This document shows, one piece after another, positions 50,260 to 59,841 of a stretch of DNA of 64,000 nucleotides (the stretch's first letter is position 1; every line of letters begins with the position of its first letter). The position numbers were made by a program, and so were the translations under genes. The notes under the pieces were generated by a model. It was not told the origin of the DNA. It saw nothing but the letters and a program-made list of their open reading frames with translations, and did not search any database. Source of the stretch: a virus (lineage: Duplodnaviria; Heunggongvirae; Uroviricota; Caudoviricetes). The stretch is taken from the IMG/VR virus record IMGVR_UViG_2675903278_000002; one strand, 5' to 3'.

Positions 50260-51129
50260 ATGAACTTTACCAAACTGACTGACCACCTGAAACTTGCCAC
50301 CGATCGACTCATTGGATTTAAGCCAGAACCATATGAGTTGCATGAAGGCCATGGTGTAGCCACTGAAAGTATTTACAAGATGGTCGATCAGTTTCATGAA
50401 CTCTTCCAGCATCCGAGACGCGTTATGCCGACACCAGAGCTGCTTCGTCTCCGTGCAAGCCTGATTCATGAAGAAGCTGTAGTGGAAGGTATTCCAGCCG
50501 CAATGAATGGGGATATTGAGCAACTGCTGGATGCAATGGCCGACTTTTTATACGTTGGTGTTGGTACGATGGTCGCCATCAAAGGTGGTATTTCTACCGG
50601 CATGACCTATTACACGCAGGAACAGAGCATTGATCGCTTTATGCAGACAATTTTTGTGCCCGGTAACACTGTTTTCGATGATATGGCAATGCCATTTCAG
50701 GAAGCTCGTGAGGCGTCATGTATGCTCGAAGAGCTGGCAGATAAACTTGAGAACAAGACTGTTAAGGATTCTGAGCTGATTCAGGAACTGCGCCGTGTCA
50801 TGAACAAAATCTATGTGGCGTGCATGATGACCTATCGACTGGCTGATTTCCTCGGTATCAATGTAGTCGAGCTGGTTGGCGAAATTCATCGGTCTAACAT
50901 GACAAAATTATGGCCTGCTGATGTTGAGGAACGTCGCCAGGCTGTGGCCAACTGCAAATACGACTCTTCAGATCTGGGATTCCGCCATGCTGATGGCACC
51001 GATAAGATGATCGGTTTTCGAATTTCCGATGGAAAGATTCTGAAGTCTCCAACCTATAGTGATGTCGATTTATCCTCCTTTGTTGAGCAAGCTAAAGCCT
51101 CAGCAATGTACGGAATGATCAAAAAATAA
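50260..51129 (+). CDS. Hypothetical protein, possibly MazG-like nucleotide pyrophosphohydrolase
   Basis: Helical EE/D-rich segments (LIHEEAVVEG, LEELADKLE) reminiscent of all-alpha NTP pyrophosphatases; weak. Confidence 0.35.
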   Translation: MNFTKLTDHLKLATDRLIGFKPEPYELHEGHGVATESIYKMVDQFHELFQHPRRVMPTPELLRLRASLIHEEAVVEGIPAAMNGDIEQLLDAMADFLYVGVGTMVAIKGGISTGMTYYTQEQSIDRFMQTIFVPGNTVFDDMAMPFQEAREASCMLEELADKLENKTVKDSELIQELRRVMNKIYVACMMTYRLADFLGINVVELVGEIHRSNMTKLWPADVEERRQAVANCKYDSSDLGFRHADGTDKMIGFRISDGKILKSPTYSDVDLSSFVEQAKASAMYGMIKK

Positions 51130-51198
51130 TTGTAGGTAGTTATCTATCTGTGTATATTGCGTTGGCGCGTTAAATTTCTGAAACAACTATTCGTTTTT

Positions 51199-51224
51199 GG
51201 TGGCCTATGGCCACCATTTTTTTA
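51199..51224 (+). terminator. Rho-independent terminator
   Basis: GGTGGCC-TAT-GGCCACC followed by ATTTTTTTA. Confidence 0.7.
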
Positions 51225-51300
51225 TCTGTCTGGTCTTGTTCTCTCAATAAATGTAAACTCACGCAATGAATAAGTGGTTACTTATCTTTGTGAGGTTTTT

Positions 51301-52404
51301 GTGTCACTCCTTTTGAATCGTGAGCATACGAACGGTCAGGTAACAAACGCATCGTATGCAAAAGTTATTGAGACGGTGCTTAAAAGCGGCGTGCAGGCTG
51401 ATGATCGCACAGGCACTGGTACTTTAAGCACCTGCTACGTTCCCTCTTACTACATGCTTACTGGTGGGACTGTGCCGCTTATTTCTGGAAAGGCGGTAAA
51501 TCTTAAGCCACTGCTTGTCGAACTTGAGTGGTATCTGAAAGGCACGGGCAACATCCAATTTCTCAAGGATAACGGCGTTAAGATTTGGGATGCATGGGCC
51601 GATGAGAATGGCGATTTGGGGCCGGTTTACGGTAAGCAGTGGCGTCGATGGGAAGATACCCGCATCGTGAGCCATAGTGAATATCTGAGCAAGATCGCTA
51701 CTTTCCGTGAACGCGGGTACAAAGTCGAGGGATACCTGGGTATCAGTGAAGATCGCGTAGTGCTGTCCCGTGAAATCGATCAGCTACAGCGTATTGTCGA
51801 TACACTGCGCACGAACCCTACCGATCGTCGCATCATGCTTAACGCATGGAACGTAGGCGAGCTTGAGGATATGAAACTGCCACCTTGCCACTTTGTCTTC
51901 TCTTTGTGGAGTCGTGAGCTGGATTTTGAAACCCGTTTAACGATGGCAACTGACATTGGTCTTCAACACAGTCGCCTCGGTTATGAGTCTATCTACACCA
52001 AGATGCTATACGATCTGGAGATGGACGGCAGTGTTACTGAAACTGAACTGGATGAACTTGGAATCCCCAAACGCATCCTCAACTCCTGCCTCGTACAGCG
52101 TAGCGTAGACACTTTTGTTGGTATGCCATTCAATATTGCTGGCTATGGCATTCTCACTCATTTTCTCGCGAAGATTACGGGTCACATGGCCGGTGCATTT
52201 GTGCATTTTGGCTTTGACGTGCATTTATACAATAACCACATGGAAAGTGTGTGTGAGCTAATGAAACGACAGGCTCCAGAGCATTCAGATCCGGTCGTTA
52301 TTTTCCCTCATGAATGGTCTGAGCTGGATGATTTCAAATGGGACGATATTCTGATTCTTGGCTATGACCCTCTACCGTGGATCAAGGTTCCAGTGGCGGT
52401 GTGA
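51301..52404 (+). CDS. thyA: Thymidylate synthase family enzyme (ThyA-like, with insertions; dCMP/dUMP hydroxymethylase not excluded)
   Basis: Motifs DRTGTGT, GPVYGKQWR, catalytic PPCH, QRSVDTFVGMPFNIAGY; start set at GTG 51301. Confidence 0.75.
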   Translation: MSLLLNREHTNGQVTNASYAKVIETVLKSGVQADDRTGTGTLSTCYVPSYYMLTGGTVPLISGKAVNLKPLLVELEWYLKGTGNIQFLKDNGVKIWDAWADENGDLGPVYGKQWRRWEDTRIVSHSEYLSKIATFRERGYKVEGYLGISEDRVVLSREIDQLQRIVDTLRTNPTDRRIMLNAWNVGELEDMKLPPCHFVFSLWSRELDFETRLTMATDIGLQHSRLGYESIYTKMLYDLEMDGSVTETELDELGIPKRILNSCLVQRSVDTFVGMPFNIAGYGILTHFLAKITGHMAGAFVHFGFDVHLYNNHMESVCELMKRQAPEHSDPVVIFPHEWSELDDFKWDDILILGYDPLPWIKVPVAV

Positions 52405-52405
52405 T

Positions 52406-52819
52406 ATGGCAAGAGGTATGTATGTCTTATGCGAAATTGAAGGTGTGCTGGCAAATGCCAGCCATCGTAAATCAGTATCTGACGCGGATGCAGGCCAGCT
52501 CATTGCCGGTGATGAACTCATTTTCCCCACCAGCCGTATGTTGCGTGGTTTTGCTCGCTCAGGGGCTGAAGTGGTGCTTATCAGTAGCCGCTCTGAAACT
52601 CTTGAAGCGCCAACTAAACGATGGCTGAAAGATTTTGGCGTTGATTATGACTGGCTTCATCTCGTACCGAATGGCACCAGTTATGAGAAGCATATTAAGC
52701 GCACATTAGCGGAGCATAAAGGCGATCTGCTTATCGCTGCGCTGGTGCACGATCCTCGACTCCGTGCCGCTTTAGCCGACTCTCACCATCGACCGGTCAT
52801 CTATGAGGTGAGCAAATGA
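52406..52819 (+). CDS. Hypothetical protein
   Basis: ATG 52406 just after the thyA stop; stop overlaps the DHFR start. Confidence 0.4.
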   Translation: MARGMYVLCEIEGVLANASHRKSVSDADAGQLIAGDELIFPTSRMLRGFARSGAEVVLISSRSETLEAPTKRWLKDFGVDYDWLHLVPNGTSYEKHIKRTLAEHKGDLLIAALVHDPRLRAALADSHHRPVIYEVSK

Positions 52820-53292
52820 AGATGATCGCTGCTGTTGGCCGTAACTATGAGATCGGCATAGCGAATGAACTCCCCTGGCGTTGTTCTACCGATCTGAAGC
52901 TATTTAAGAGACTCACCAAAAACGCCACTGTCGTTATGGGGCGTAAAACGATGGAAAGTCTCAAACGCCCTCTTCCAGAGCGTCATAACCTCGTTTTGAC
53001 GCGCTCTCATGGCTTTGTACCAAATGGATTCTACCCTGCTGGTGTGGATGATGTGTTGCGATTACCAGAGCCTGTGTGGGTGATTGGCGGGGAACAAATT
53101 TACTCGCTATTCATGCCGCATGTTGAAGAGATTTGGCTCTCCCACATCGGCGTTGATGTGCCAAACGCCGATGCATTCTTCCCGGCAAGCATGATGCGTA
53201 ATTTAGGCTTTGTGCCTGTTGAAACAGCTTATACCCAACGAGCCAGCGAGGAAGAGCCTGGCTTTTCGCAGATCGTATACAGAAGGTCGTAA
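52816..53292 (+). CDS. folA: Dihydrofolate reductase
   Basis: MKMIAAVGRNYEIGIANELPW, VVMGRKT, VWVIGGEQIY motifs; 158 aa. Confidence 0.85.
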   Translation: MKMIAAVGRNYEIGIANELPWRCSTDLKLFKRLTKNATVVMGRKTMESLKRPLPERHNLVLTRSHGFVPNGFYPAGVDDVLRLPEPVWVIGGEQIYSLFMPHVEEIWLSHIGVDVPNADAFFPASMMRNLGFVPVETAYTQRASEEEPGFSQIVYRRS

Positions 53293-53936
53293 TGGATTAC
53301 CGGATTGGGATCACTGGTGCTCAGGGCAGTGGGAAAACAACCCTGGCTAAATATATCGACAAACATTACGGAATCCCTTACGTGGATGCTGGTGTCGGAA
53401 GTTTGATGAGCCGCCTCGGTGTTCGAGTAGGTGATTCTATGCCTCTATATGAGCGGCTTCAGATTCAAATGGAAATAGCAAAGCATATAGAGCTACTTAC
53501 GCGTGGTGTTGAAGGCTTTGTTATCGATCGCACACCTGCTGATGTTATGGCCTACACGTTGGATTTGGTCGGCCATACAAATGAAGATCGGTGTATTGAG
53601 TTAGCCCTCGATATCGAAAAGTTTTGCCACAAAACTGCTATTTCAAACTTTAACGCCATTGCTGGCTTACGCCCGGGAGTCGCTCTCTCAGAGCGAGATT
53701 ACTTGCGATCACAACGAGCATCATTAGACCGTCTGTATGTCGCTCGTATTGATGCGTTGATGTGCGGGGAACTGACAAAAATTCACCTGCATCCGCAAAG
53801 GGGAGATCTGCAAACCTTCGTCGTTTCCAACCGATATCGCACGGTTGAAGCAAGAGCCAGATCAGTGATGAGAATGCTAGATAACGCTGTAGAAAAGATA
53901 GAAAACCGGTTCTGTGGCCGAGTGACCGTTCATTAG
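53292..53936 (+). CDS. P-loop nucleotide/nucleoside kinase (dNMP kinase-like)
   Basis: Walker A ITGAQGSGKTT at the N-terminus; 214 aa; within the nucleotide metabolism block. Confidence 0.5.
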   Translation: MDYRIGITGAQGSGKTTLAKYIDKHYGIPYVDAGVGSLMSRLGVRVGDSMPLYERLQIQMEIAKHIELLTRGVEGFVIDRTPADVMAYTLDLVGHTNEDRCIELALDIEKFCHKTAISNFNAIAGLRPGVALSERDYLRSQRASLDRLYVARIDALMCGELTKIHLHPQRGDLQTFVVSNRYRTVEARARSVMRMLDNAVEKIENRFCGRVTVH

Positions 53937-53997
53937 AAATTGTTCGCCTCTTCGACATTGCGACAATAAAACTCTCAAAATGGGTTAAGGATAAAAA

Positions 53998-54417
53998 ATG
54001 TTTAGTGAAATGTTGCTTGAAGATGAACTGGATCGGAAAACAACAGAGGCTTTGATTCGTGTAGCGGACGAACATTCCCGGTCGCTTATGAGCGATCGAG
54101 AGGCTCGTCTGGCTATTCGTGCCATATTCGAAACTGCGCAGGGGCTTGTTGGTACACAAGTGGGTGAAGCCATTAACATCGCCATGTCTCAGTTCAGTGA
54201 AGGCAGTAAAAAGCCTCTGTTTCCTATGCATTTGATGCTGGCTGGTGGCTCGGTGCTTTATATCTCTGTTTGTCTGGATAGCAACCAAATCAATATTCTC
54301 AACACTGTGTCAGGTAAGTGGAAAGATCCGATTGTCTGTGAAACCAGTGAAGAAACTTTGAAAAAAGCGGCTCAATTTGTACGTAGCGCACTACTTAAGG
54401 GCGCTAAGAAGTTGTAA
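53998..54417 (+). CDS. Hypothetical protein
   Basis: 139 aa ORF. Confidence 0.45.
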   Translation: MFSEMLLEDELDRKTTEALIRVADEHSRSLMSDREARLAIRAIFETAQGLVGTQVGEAINIAMSQFSEGSKKPLFPMHLMLAGGSVLYISVCLDSNQINILNTVSGKWKDPIVCETSEETLKKAAQFVRSALLKGAKKL

Positions 54418-54426
54418 GGAGTTCTG

Positions 54427-54984
54427 ATGACAACGATTGTTGCAGGCATCGATATCGAGTCTACGGGACTGGATTTCCTTGCTGGTCATAAAATTATTGA
54501 AATCGCAATTACCCGCTATGAACTGGAGACACAGAGACATATTGATAGTCTGGAGATGCGTTTTAACCCTCGCAGAAACATAGATCCGAAAGCTCAAGCC
54601 GTTCATGGCATTTCATTGGAACAGCTCGCAGCTGAACCTTTGTTGTCAAATCATGCCAGCGAAATTGGCGCTTATATGGGGGCATGTAGTGTGTGGGTTG
54701 CTCATAACGGCGAAGCATTTGATATACCATTTATTCGACACGAGTTTTCAGGGTATGGAGTAAGACTGCCAGAAGTTCCTGTTATAGATACTATGTTATC
54801 GGGATTGTGGGCCACAGAAGACGGTAAACGTCCCCGCCTTGAAGAGTTGGCCTTCTCTCTTGGCTTTATATACGATCATGCCAAAGCACATAGTGCCTTA
54901 TATGACACAAACTTAATGATGCAATGCTTCTTTAAGGCACGTAATAAGTACGGATTTTTTAAATTACCCTCTGAAATTGTGTAA
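54427..54984 (+). CDS. DnaQ-like 3'-5' exonuclease (DEDDh family)
   Basis: Exo motifs GIDIESTGL, WVAHNGEAFDIPF, HSALYDT. Confidence 0.75.
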   Translation: MTTIVAGIDIESTGLDFLAGHKIIEIAITRYELETQRHIDSLEMRFNPRRNIDPKAQAVHGISLEQLAAEPLLSNHASEIGAYMGACSVWVAHNGEAFDIPFIRHEFSGYGVRLPEVPVIDTMLSGLWATEDGKRPRLEELAFSLGFIYDHAKAHSALYDTNLMMQCFFKARNKYGFFKLPSEIV

Positions 54985-54988
54985 AACA

Positions 54989-55027
54989 AAAGCCTACTTT
55001 AAAAAGTTTAAAGTAGGCTTTCTTTTA
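54989..55027 (+). terminator. Rho-independent terminator
   Basis: AAGCCTACTTTAAA-AAG-TTTAAAGTAGGCTT followed by TCTTTT. Confidence 0.7.
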
Positions 55028-55142
55028 AAGAACAGTCGCCTTTCAATCATTTCCTGCCTGTATTTAATACTTTTCCGCCTGATAGGTTTAGTCAAAATGT
55101 AGCCATCGAAACGCAAATGTAACCAAACAGAAGGAGACTTAC

Positions 55143-55952
55143 ATGAGTTCGGTTGAAAATGTAATGACAAATGATGATCTGGACGAGCTGACAGCCATGT
55201 TGCAATCACTTGATGAACCAGTAAAAAAAGCTGCACAGGTTGAAAATACTGATGATATTGACGATCTGCTGCTCGGCCTAGATGCTGGCGTAGCCATGAG
55301 TTCTGATGATGTTGCCGAAGAACTGTTCAATGAAGAAAAAGCAGGTGATTTCAGCTCTGCTTTAAATGAGTTGGAGTTAGCGCATGAGCCTATAAACGTA
55401 ATTAACGCTGAAAGTGTTGAAGCTGCCGAAAACGAGCCAGAACAATTGGGATTTATTGAGGTTGAAGAGTGTGTTGAGGTTAATGATGAATTAAAAGTTC
55501 AACAGTCAAATGATAGCAATACAAATAAAAAAGCTCGTGCTGCAAGAGGTCCTCGTTTTACTTTAAGTGATAAAGATGATTCGTTTTTCAATAAAGCGGG
55601 CTTAGAAAAAGATATTTTCTTAGACGCTTACGATAACGCGCCTGTCAAAGCAAAGGATAAGATATTAAACCTTCTTAATTGGTTTAGCGGAGGTCCAGAT
55701 ATTAGTGTTTACACGGTAATTTCCATGAGACACCTTCTCACAGAAAAGAAGGCTACAAGTAATAGTATTAAGATTGCTTTAATGAGCAATCCAGAAAAAC
55801 CGTATCCGCTTAACACTGCGTCAACTCAGGCTGGGCAAATGATGGCTGTATTTCCAGCGACAGGAATTGCCGTTAGAGGCGGTGGAAATCTAACATTGAA
55901 CGAAGAATCACCGATCGTTAAGAAGTTTGTCGCGGAGTACACTATTGGATGA
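55143..55952 (+). CDS. Highly acidic hypothetical protein
   Basis: 269 aa, N-terminal half dominated by Asp/Glu. Confidence 0.45.
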   Translation: MSSVENVMTNDDLDELTAMLQSLDEPVKKAAQVENTDDIDDLLLGLDAGVAMSSDDVAEELFNEEKAGDFSSALNELELAHEPINVINAESVEAAENEPEQLGFIEVEECVEVNDELKVQQSNDSNTNKKARAARGPRFTLSDKDDSFFNKAGLEKDIFLDAYDNAPVKAKDKILNLLNWFSGGPDISVYTVISMRHLLTEKKATSNSIKIALMSNPEKPYPLNTASTQAGQMMAVFPATGIAVRGGGNLTLNEESPIVKKFVAEYTIG

Positions 55953-56135
55953 CGTTCCCCTACTGAAAATAAAGCCCATAGAGAGCTTTATAGTGCTGGG
56001 TAAGCCAATCACATACCCAGCACCACAAAAACGCGCCAGAGAGCTTCTCGTTTGCATTTCTGGCGCGTTTTATTTGATTGCCAGACATAAAATCAAATGC
56101 AAAAATAGGTATTTACTTACCTATCGAGAAAGAAG

Positions 56136-56729
56136 ATGATTGCAGCCGAAAAAATCAAACAGCGAAAGCGCGACAACTCTCTTCGTGACCTCTGGAGAAC
56201 ACCTGACTGGCTGTTTTCTGCCATTCAACGTTATCTTGGAGTGACATTTGATGTTGACGTTGCCTGCAACAAGGACAATGCAAAGCTGCCTAATTTCATA
56301 GGCGTTGAGCGTGATGCTTTGAAATCTGAATGGGGACAGCCAGGTACAATTGCCTTCCTCAATCCACCCTACTCCAAAATCTCCCCCTGGATTGATGCGG
56401 CTATACGTGAGCAGGCTCGCGGAGTTACAACAGTGATGCTAATTCCTCAATCCCTAGATACAAAGTGGTATGAGCGTGCAACAGAGTGTGCGAATGAGAC
56501 GATTATTCTGTCTGGTGGCCGCGTAGCGTTTGTCGAGCCTGACGTCAATCTGGGTCAGGTAGAAGTAAACATCAACCCAGGTGGCAGTATGCTCGTTGTT
56601 TTTCGAGGATTCTGTCAGGACGCTGGGCACTCTATAAGCAAGATCCCTTTGGACGTCATGAAAAGTCTGGGAGGGTATGATCCTGCGAATGTGATCAGGA
56701 AAAAAAGACCATCAAAGAAGGCTGCTTAG
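56136..56729 (+). CDS. Phage-type DNA N6-adenine methyltransferase (orphan, Dam-like)
   Basis: WRTPDWLF N-terminal motif and catalytic NPPYS; 197 aa. Confidence 0.7.
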   Translation: MIAAEKIKQRKRDNSLRDLWRTPDWLFSAIQRYLGVTFDVDVACNKDNAKLPNFIGVERDALKSEWGQPGTIAFLNPPYSKISPWIDAAIREQARGVTTVMLIPQSLDTKWYERATECANETIILSGGRVAFVEPDVNLGQVEVNINPGGSMLVVFRGFCQDAGHSISKIPLDVMKSLGGYDPANVIRKKRPSKKAA

Positions 56730-56750
56730 TTTGTTCTGGCGTCTGTAATT

Positions 56751-56815
56751 AGCCTGCTTCTGTATATATAAATAACTACATATTAATTATTAATATACGG
56801 AAGCAGGCTGTTTTG
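56751..56815. terminator. Long hairpin (approx 17 bp stem AGCCTGCTTCTGTATAT / ATATACGGAAGCAGGCT, AT-rich loop) followed by GTTTTG; second copy of the element at 9723..9789
   Basis: Read directly downstream of the methyltransferase stop. Confidence 0.45.
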
Positions 56816-56890
56816 TATCAGAGACTCCAGACCTGAACATCACTACAGAATCCACTAGAACCCCTTCCCAGACGCTTTAAAATCGATTTT

Positions 56891-57145
56891 ATGAATCACT
56901 TTAAGGAAACTAACATGTCATACCCGACTAATGTCGTTGCGCTCGTAGAGAGCGATTTTCTGGCCCAGGCCCGTGAAATGATGAAAGATCGCGAGCAGGC
57001 TTTCAACTTGTACGAATGGGCAATTAAGTGCTTGCATCTTGGGGAGCATCGCGAACTTGTTGAACAGCTTTTAGGTGAGTTGATTAACGAGGTGTTTGCC
57101 TTGAATGTTCAACTACATGGTCGAGAAAATAATCAATCGAAATGA
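56891..57145 (+). CDS. Hypothetical protein
   Basis: 84 aa ORF. Confidence 0.4.
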   Translation: MNHFKETNMSYPTNVVALVESDFLAQAREMMKDREQAFNLYEWAIKCLHLGEHRELVEQLLGELINEVFALNVQLHGRENNQSK

Positions 57146-57179
57146 TAGATAAGTACAAACTATTCATAAAGTGAATTGT

Positions 57180-57700
57180 AAGTGCTAAGATCTGATAGTT
57201 TCCAGTCGTAGACTGGAGACTCGACCTGATGGGTGGGGGTAAGCGTCACTGGCGTCAGGTTTAAAAAAGCTCACTACCAGCGTAGAACCGGTGCCGTTTA
57301 GGTGTCGGGGAAGGGGGAACCAAAGTGAGCGGAGACAAGGGTCACTTTATGATTGTCGAGTCTGGGGTGTTTCGAGAGGTTGAATCCAGTACTCCCCTTC
57401 ATAAAGTGTGGGAAGATCTCGGTTCTGGGGTGCTGTCATCCATAACTTCCCAAGTCTAAGCTGGCAGTAGACTTAGGCCATAACTTTTCAGGTTATGAAA
57501 CGACCAGGTTGGTGAGGGATTTTTATACTCACCTCCCTGGGAGAGTATTACCTGAAAAGACAACCTCTCACTTCGTTCGAGGTGAACTTCACTCACTTCG
57601 TTCGTTCAGTTCAGGTTTATAAAAACCTGTTCTGGGAAGTAATTTGTTTATTTTAATAATTATTAACACGCACGCGTGTGCGCACGCGCGAGGAAAAAAA
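57180..57700 (+). ncRNA. Structured non-coding region (candidate ncRNA or secondary/lytic origin); strand unassigned
   Basis: About 500 bp without a credible ORF; nested inverted repeats (CTTTTCAGGTTA...TACCTGAAAAG; GGTGAG...CTCACC), direct repeats TCACTCACTTCGTTCG x2, alternating purine-pyrimidine tract CACGCACGCGTGTGCGCACGCGCG. Confidence 0.25.
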
Positions 57701-57729
57701 TCGGCGCGGCGCTTGATTCAGGAGTTTAT

Positions 57730-58323
57730 ATGACGACGAAGACACCAGCCCGATCGCAAGAAAAAACTCGCAAAAAAGCCAAAAACAAAAATTCTCCCCG
57801 CACCAATTCCACAACGCCTGTCGTAGAGTTCAATCCCCAGCTTAAAACCGTGAAAATCTTCAGTGATGGCTCTTGCCTTAAAAATCCGGGTGGCCCGGGC
57901 GGTTACGGTATAGTTCTCCAGTATCGTGGTGAGGAACGCGAGTTCTCAGATGGTTTTCATAGCACCACCAATAACCGCATGGAGATGATGGGGGCACTTA
58001 TCGGGCTGGAGCGTTTGAAATATCCATGCAACGTTATTTTGCACTCTGATAGCCAGTATCTGAAAAACGGCATGACACAGTGGATGAAATGGTGGAAACG
58101 CAATGGATGGGTGACTTCTGACAAAAAACCGGTAAAGAATGTTGATCTGTGGAAGCGTCTGGATGAGGCTGCAAGTCGACATAATGTTCGCTGGAAGTGG
58201 GTTAAAGGTCACGCCGGGCATCGTGAAAATGAAATATGTGATCGACTCGCGAAGATCGCAGCTTTTTCCGCAGCAGATATGCCTCACAAGAAAGATATTG
58301 GTTTTGTTTACAACAAGCAGTAA
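57730..58323 (+). CDS. rnhA: Ribonuclease HI
   Basis: RNase H motifs [43 protein letters not shown]; AGGAG RBS before ATG 57730; basic N-terminal extension. Confidence 0.85.
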   Translation: MTTKTPARSQEKTRKKAKNKNSPRTNSTTPVVEFNPQLKTVKIFSDGSCLKNPGGPGGYGIVLQYRGEEREFSDGFHSTTNNRMEMMGALIGLERLKYPCNVILHSDSQYLKNGMTQWMKWWKRNGWVTSDKKPVKNVDLWKRLDEAASRHNVRWKWVKGHAGHRENEICDRLAKIAAFSAADMPHKKDIGFVYNKQ

Positions 58324-58468
58324 GTAAGTGTTTACCTATCATTTTAAATCATGTATCTTATCAGCGTCAGGATGACAATGTGTCGGTAAGACACAGTTCC
58401 AGGATGGAACGAGAAAGGCGGCTGGCAATCGCCAGCCGCAACTCTTTCTGACACTGGATGGAGTCCAC

Positions 58469-58963
58469 ATGGCACGTCAAACCTATTTCACTTCTGCAAC
58501 TAAACGTCCTCGTTCACTACGTCAAATTTTGGCCGAATTATTTAGCGGTCGTGTTCTGTCACGTCTTGATGAACTAGAGACTGCCGTTCGGTTGCTGAAT
58601 GAACGTTTAGATAAGCAAGCGTCAGTTGTTGCGAACGTGGGGGCGATTGTTACCTCTGGTTCTTCACGCGAAGCGAAAAGTACACGGCCTTTAGTGAAGG
58701 AGAAAAACAACAAGGACAGTTCGAATGGAAAATTTTCAAAGAAAGAGGCTGAAACCAATGGCCTACGTTCTCATTATAGTTTCACTGGCGACGATAGCCG
58801 TTCCAGCCGGCCAGAGCCTTTTGATGCCGGGTTCATCCATCACCACACCTCCGTCGACGACAATTACCACCACTCCAGTAGAGCGTCCTGTCACTCTGGA
58901 TGGGATGACGGTGGATGCGATACCTCAAGTTCATCCAGTTACTCAGGATCATGCTGTGACTAA
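58469..58963 (+). CDS. Hypothetical protein (C-terminal half low-complexity; true extent uncertain)
   Basis: 164 aa ORF; overlaps an alternative frame encoding a signal-peptide protein (58758..58976). Confidence 0.25.
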   Translation: MARQTYFTSATKRPRSLRQILAELFSGRVLSRLDELETAVRLLNERLDKQASVVANVGAIVTSGSSREAKSTRPLVKEKNNKDSSNGKFSKKEAETNGLRSHYSFTGDDSRSSRPEPFDAGFIHHHTSVDDNYHHSSRASCHSGWDDGGCDTSSSSSYSGSCCD

Positions 58964-58972
58964 GGCGGTTGT

Positions 58973-59161
58973 ATGAACTGGTTTTCAAATCACTTTGGAA
59001 AAATTTGGCTGGCAATTCTTGCCCTCATGGCCGCCGGTTGGGTATCGAACATTATAAAACTTGTTTGCTCTGGCGATCTCCAGTTTCAGGCTGGTATGAC
59101 CTTGGCTCGTGTTGTTGGGATTTTTGTTTTTCCAGTTGGTTCGGTACTTGGTTATTTCTGA
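58973..59161 (+). CDS. Small membrane protein
   Basis: 62 aa with two hydrophobic segments; ATGA start/stop overlap. Confidence 0.3.
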   Translation: MNWFSNHFGKIWLAILALMAAGWVSNIIKLVCSGDLQFQAGMTLARVVGIFVFPVGSVLGYF

Positions 59162-59254
59162 CGGCTGTTAGTGCATATGCATTGACCATCTCTGCGTAAG
59201 CAATTTATGTAATTAGAAAACAACTTGTTTTGACAAATAATAAAAGGAAAACAC

Positions 59255-59680
59255 ATGTTAGGTTTCTTCAAAAAGAAAACTCGTAAAGCTGTTATCGAAG
59301 TCAAAAAAATGGAGAACCGTGATGCGGTTGAGGCCACCGTGTGGGGCGCGTACATGATCTCCTATGCCGACGGCACATGTGACGCAAAAGAAATTGCCAT
59401 TCTTGAGAAGACAATTGCAGCTCTGCCTGCGTTTTCTCCGTTTGCTGGTGAAATTGCCCAAATGAGCGCCAATATCCGTGCTCGTTACGAAGCGTCCCCT
59501 CGTTCTGCTAATGCACAGGCTATTCGTGAGCTGTCTGATATTGCGGGTACTCCAGAGGCGGTCGATGTTCTGTGTCTGTGCCTTGATATTGCCGACCAAG
59601 ACGGTATTGGCGAACAAGAAGAGCTGGCCCTGAAAAAGATCGCACAGGCGCTTCAGTTGTCACTGGATGCTTATCTCTAA
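59255..59680 (+). CDS. Hypothetical protein, possibly TerB-like
   Basis: 141 aa; segment VDVLCLCLDIADQDGIGEQEELALKKIAQALQL resembles TerB-type helical domains; GGAAAACACATG start context and upstream AAACAACTTGTTT palindrome. Confidence 0.4.
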   Translation: MLGFFKKKTRKAVIEVKKMENRDAVEATVWGAYMISYADGTCDAKEIAILEKTIAALPAFSPFAGEIAQMSANIRARYEASPRSANAQAIRELSDIAGTPEAVDVLCLCLDIADQDGIGEQEELALKKIAQALQLSLDAYL

Positions 59681-59838
59681 TGCTTGAGAGATTCCGGCTT
59701 GTGACCGTCATTGCTCTTCTGGTGATGGCGGTGTTGGTGGATTTTACGGGAAAGATGATGTCTGTCATTTCTGATGGCGTCCTCATTGGTCTGGCGATCT
59801 ACTTCGCTTATCCGCTAGTCCGTAAAGCAACGTGTTAA
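59680..59838 (+). CDS. Small membrane protein (52 aa), not in ORF track
   Basis: ATG overlapping the upstream stop; two hydrophobic segments; followed by a terminator. Confidence 0.3.
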   Translation: MLERFRLVTVIALLVMAVLVDFTGKMMSVISDGVLIGLAIYFAYPLVRKATC

Positions 59839-59841
59839 TGA

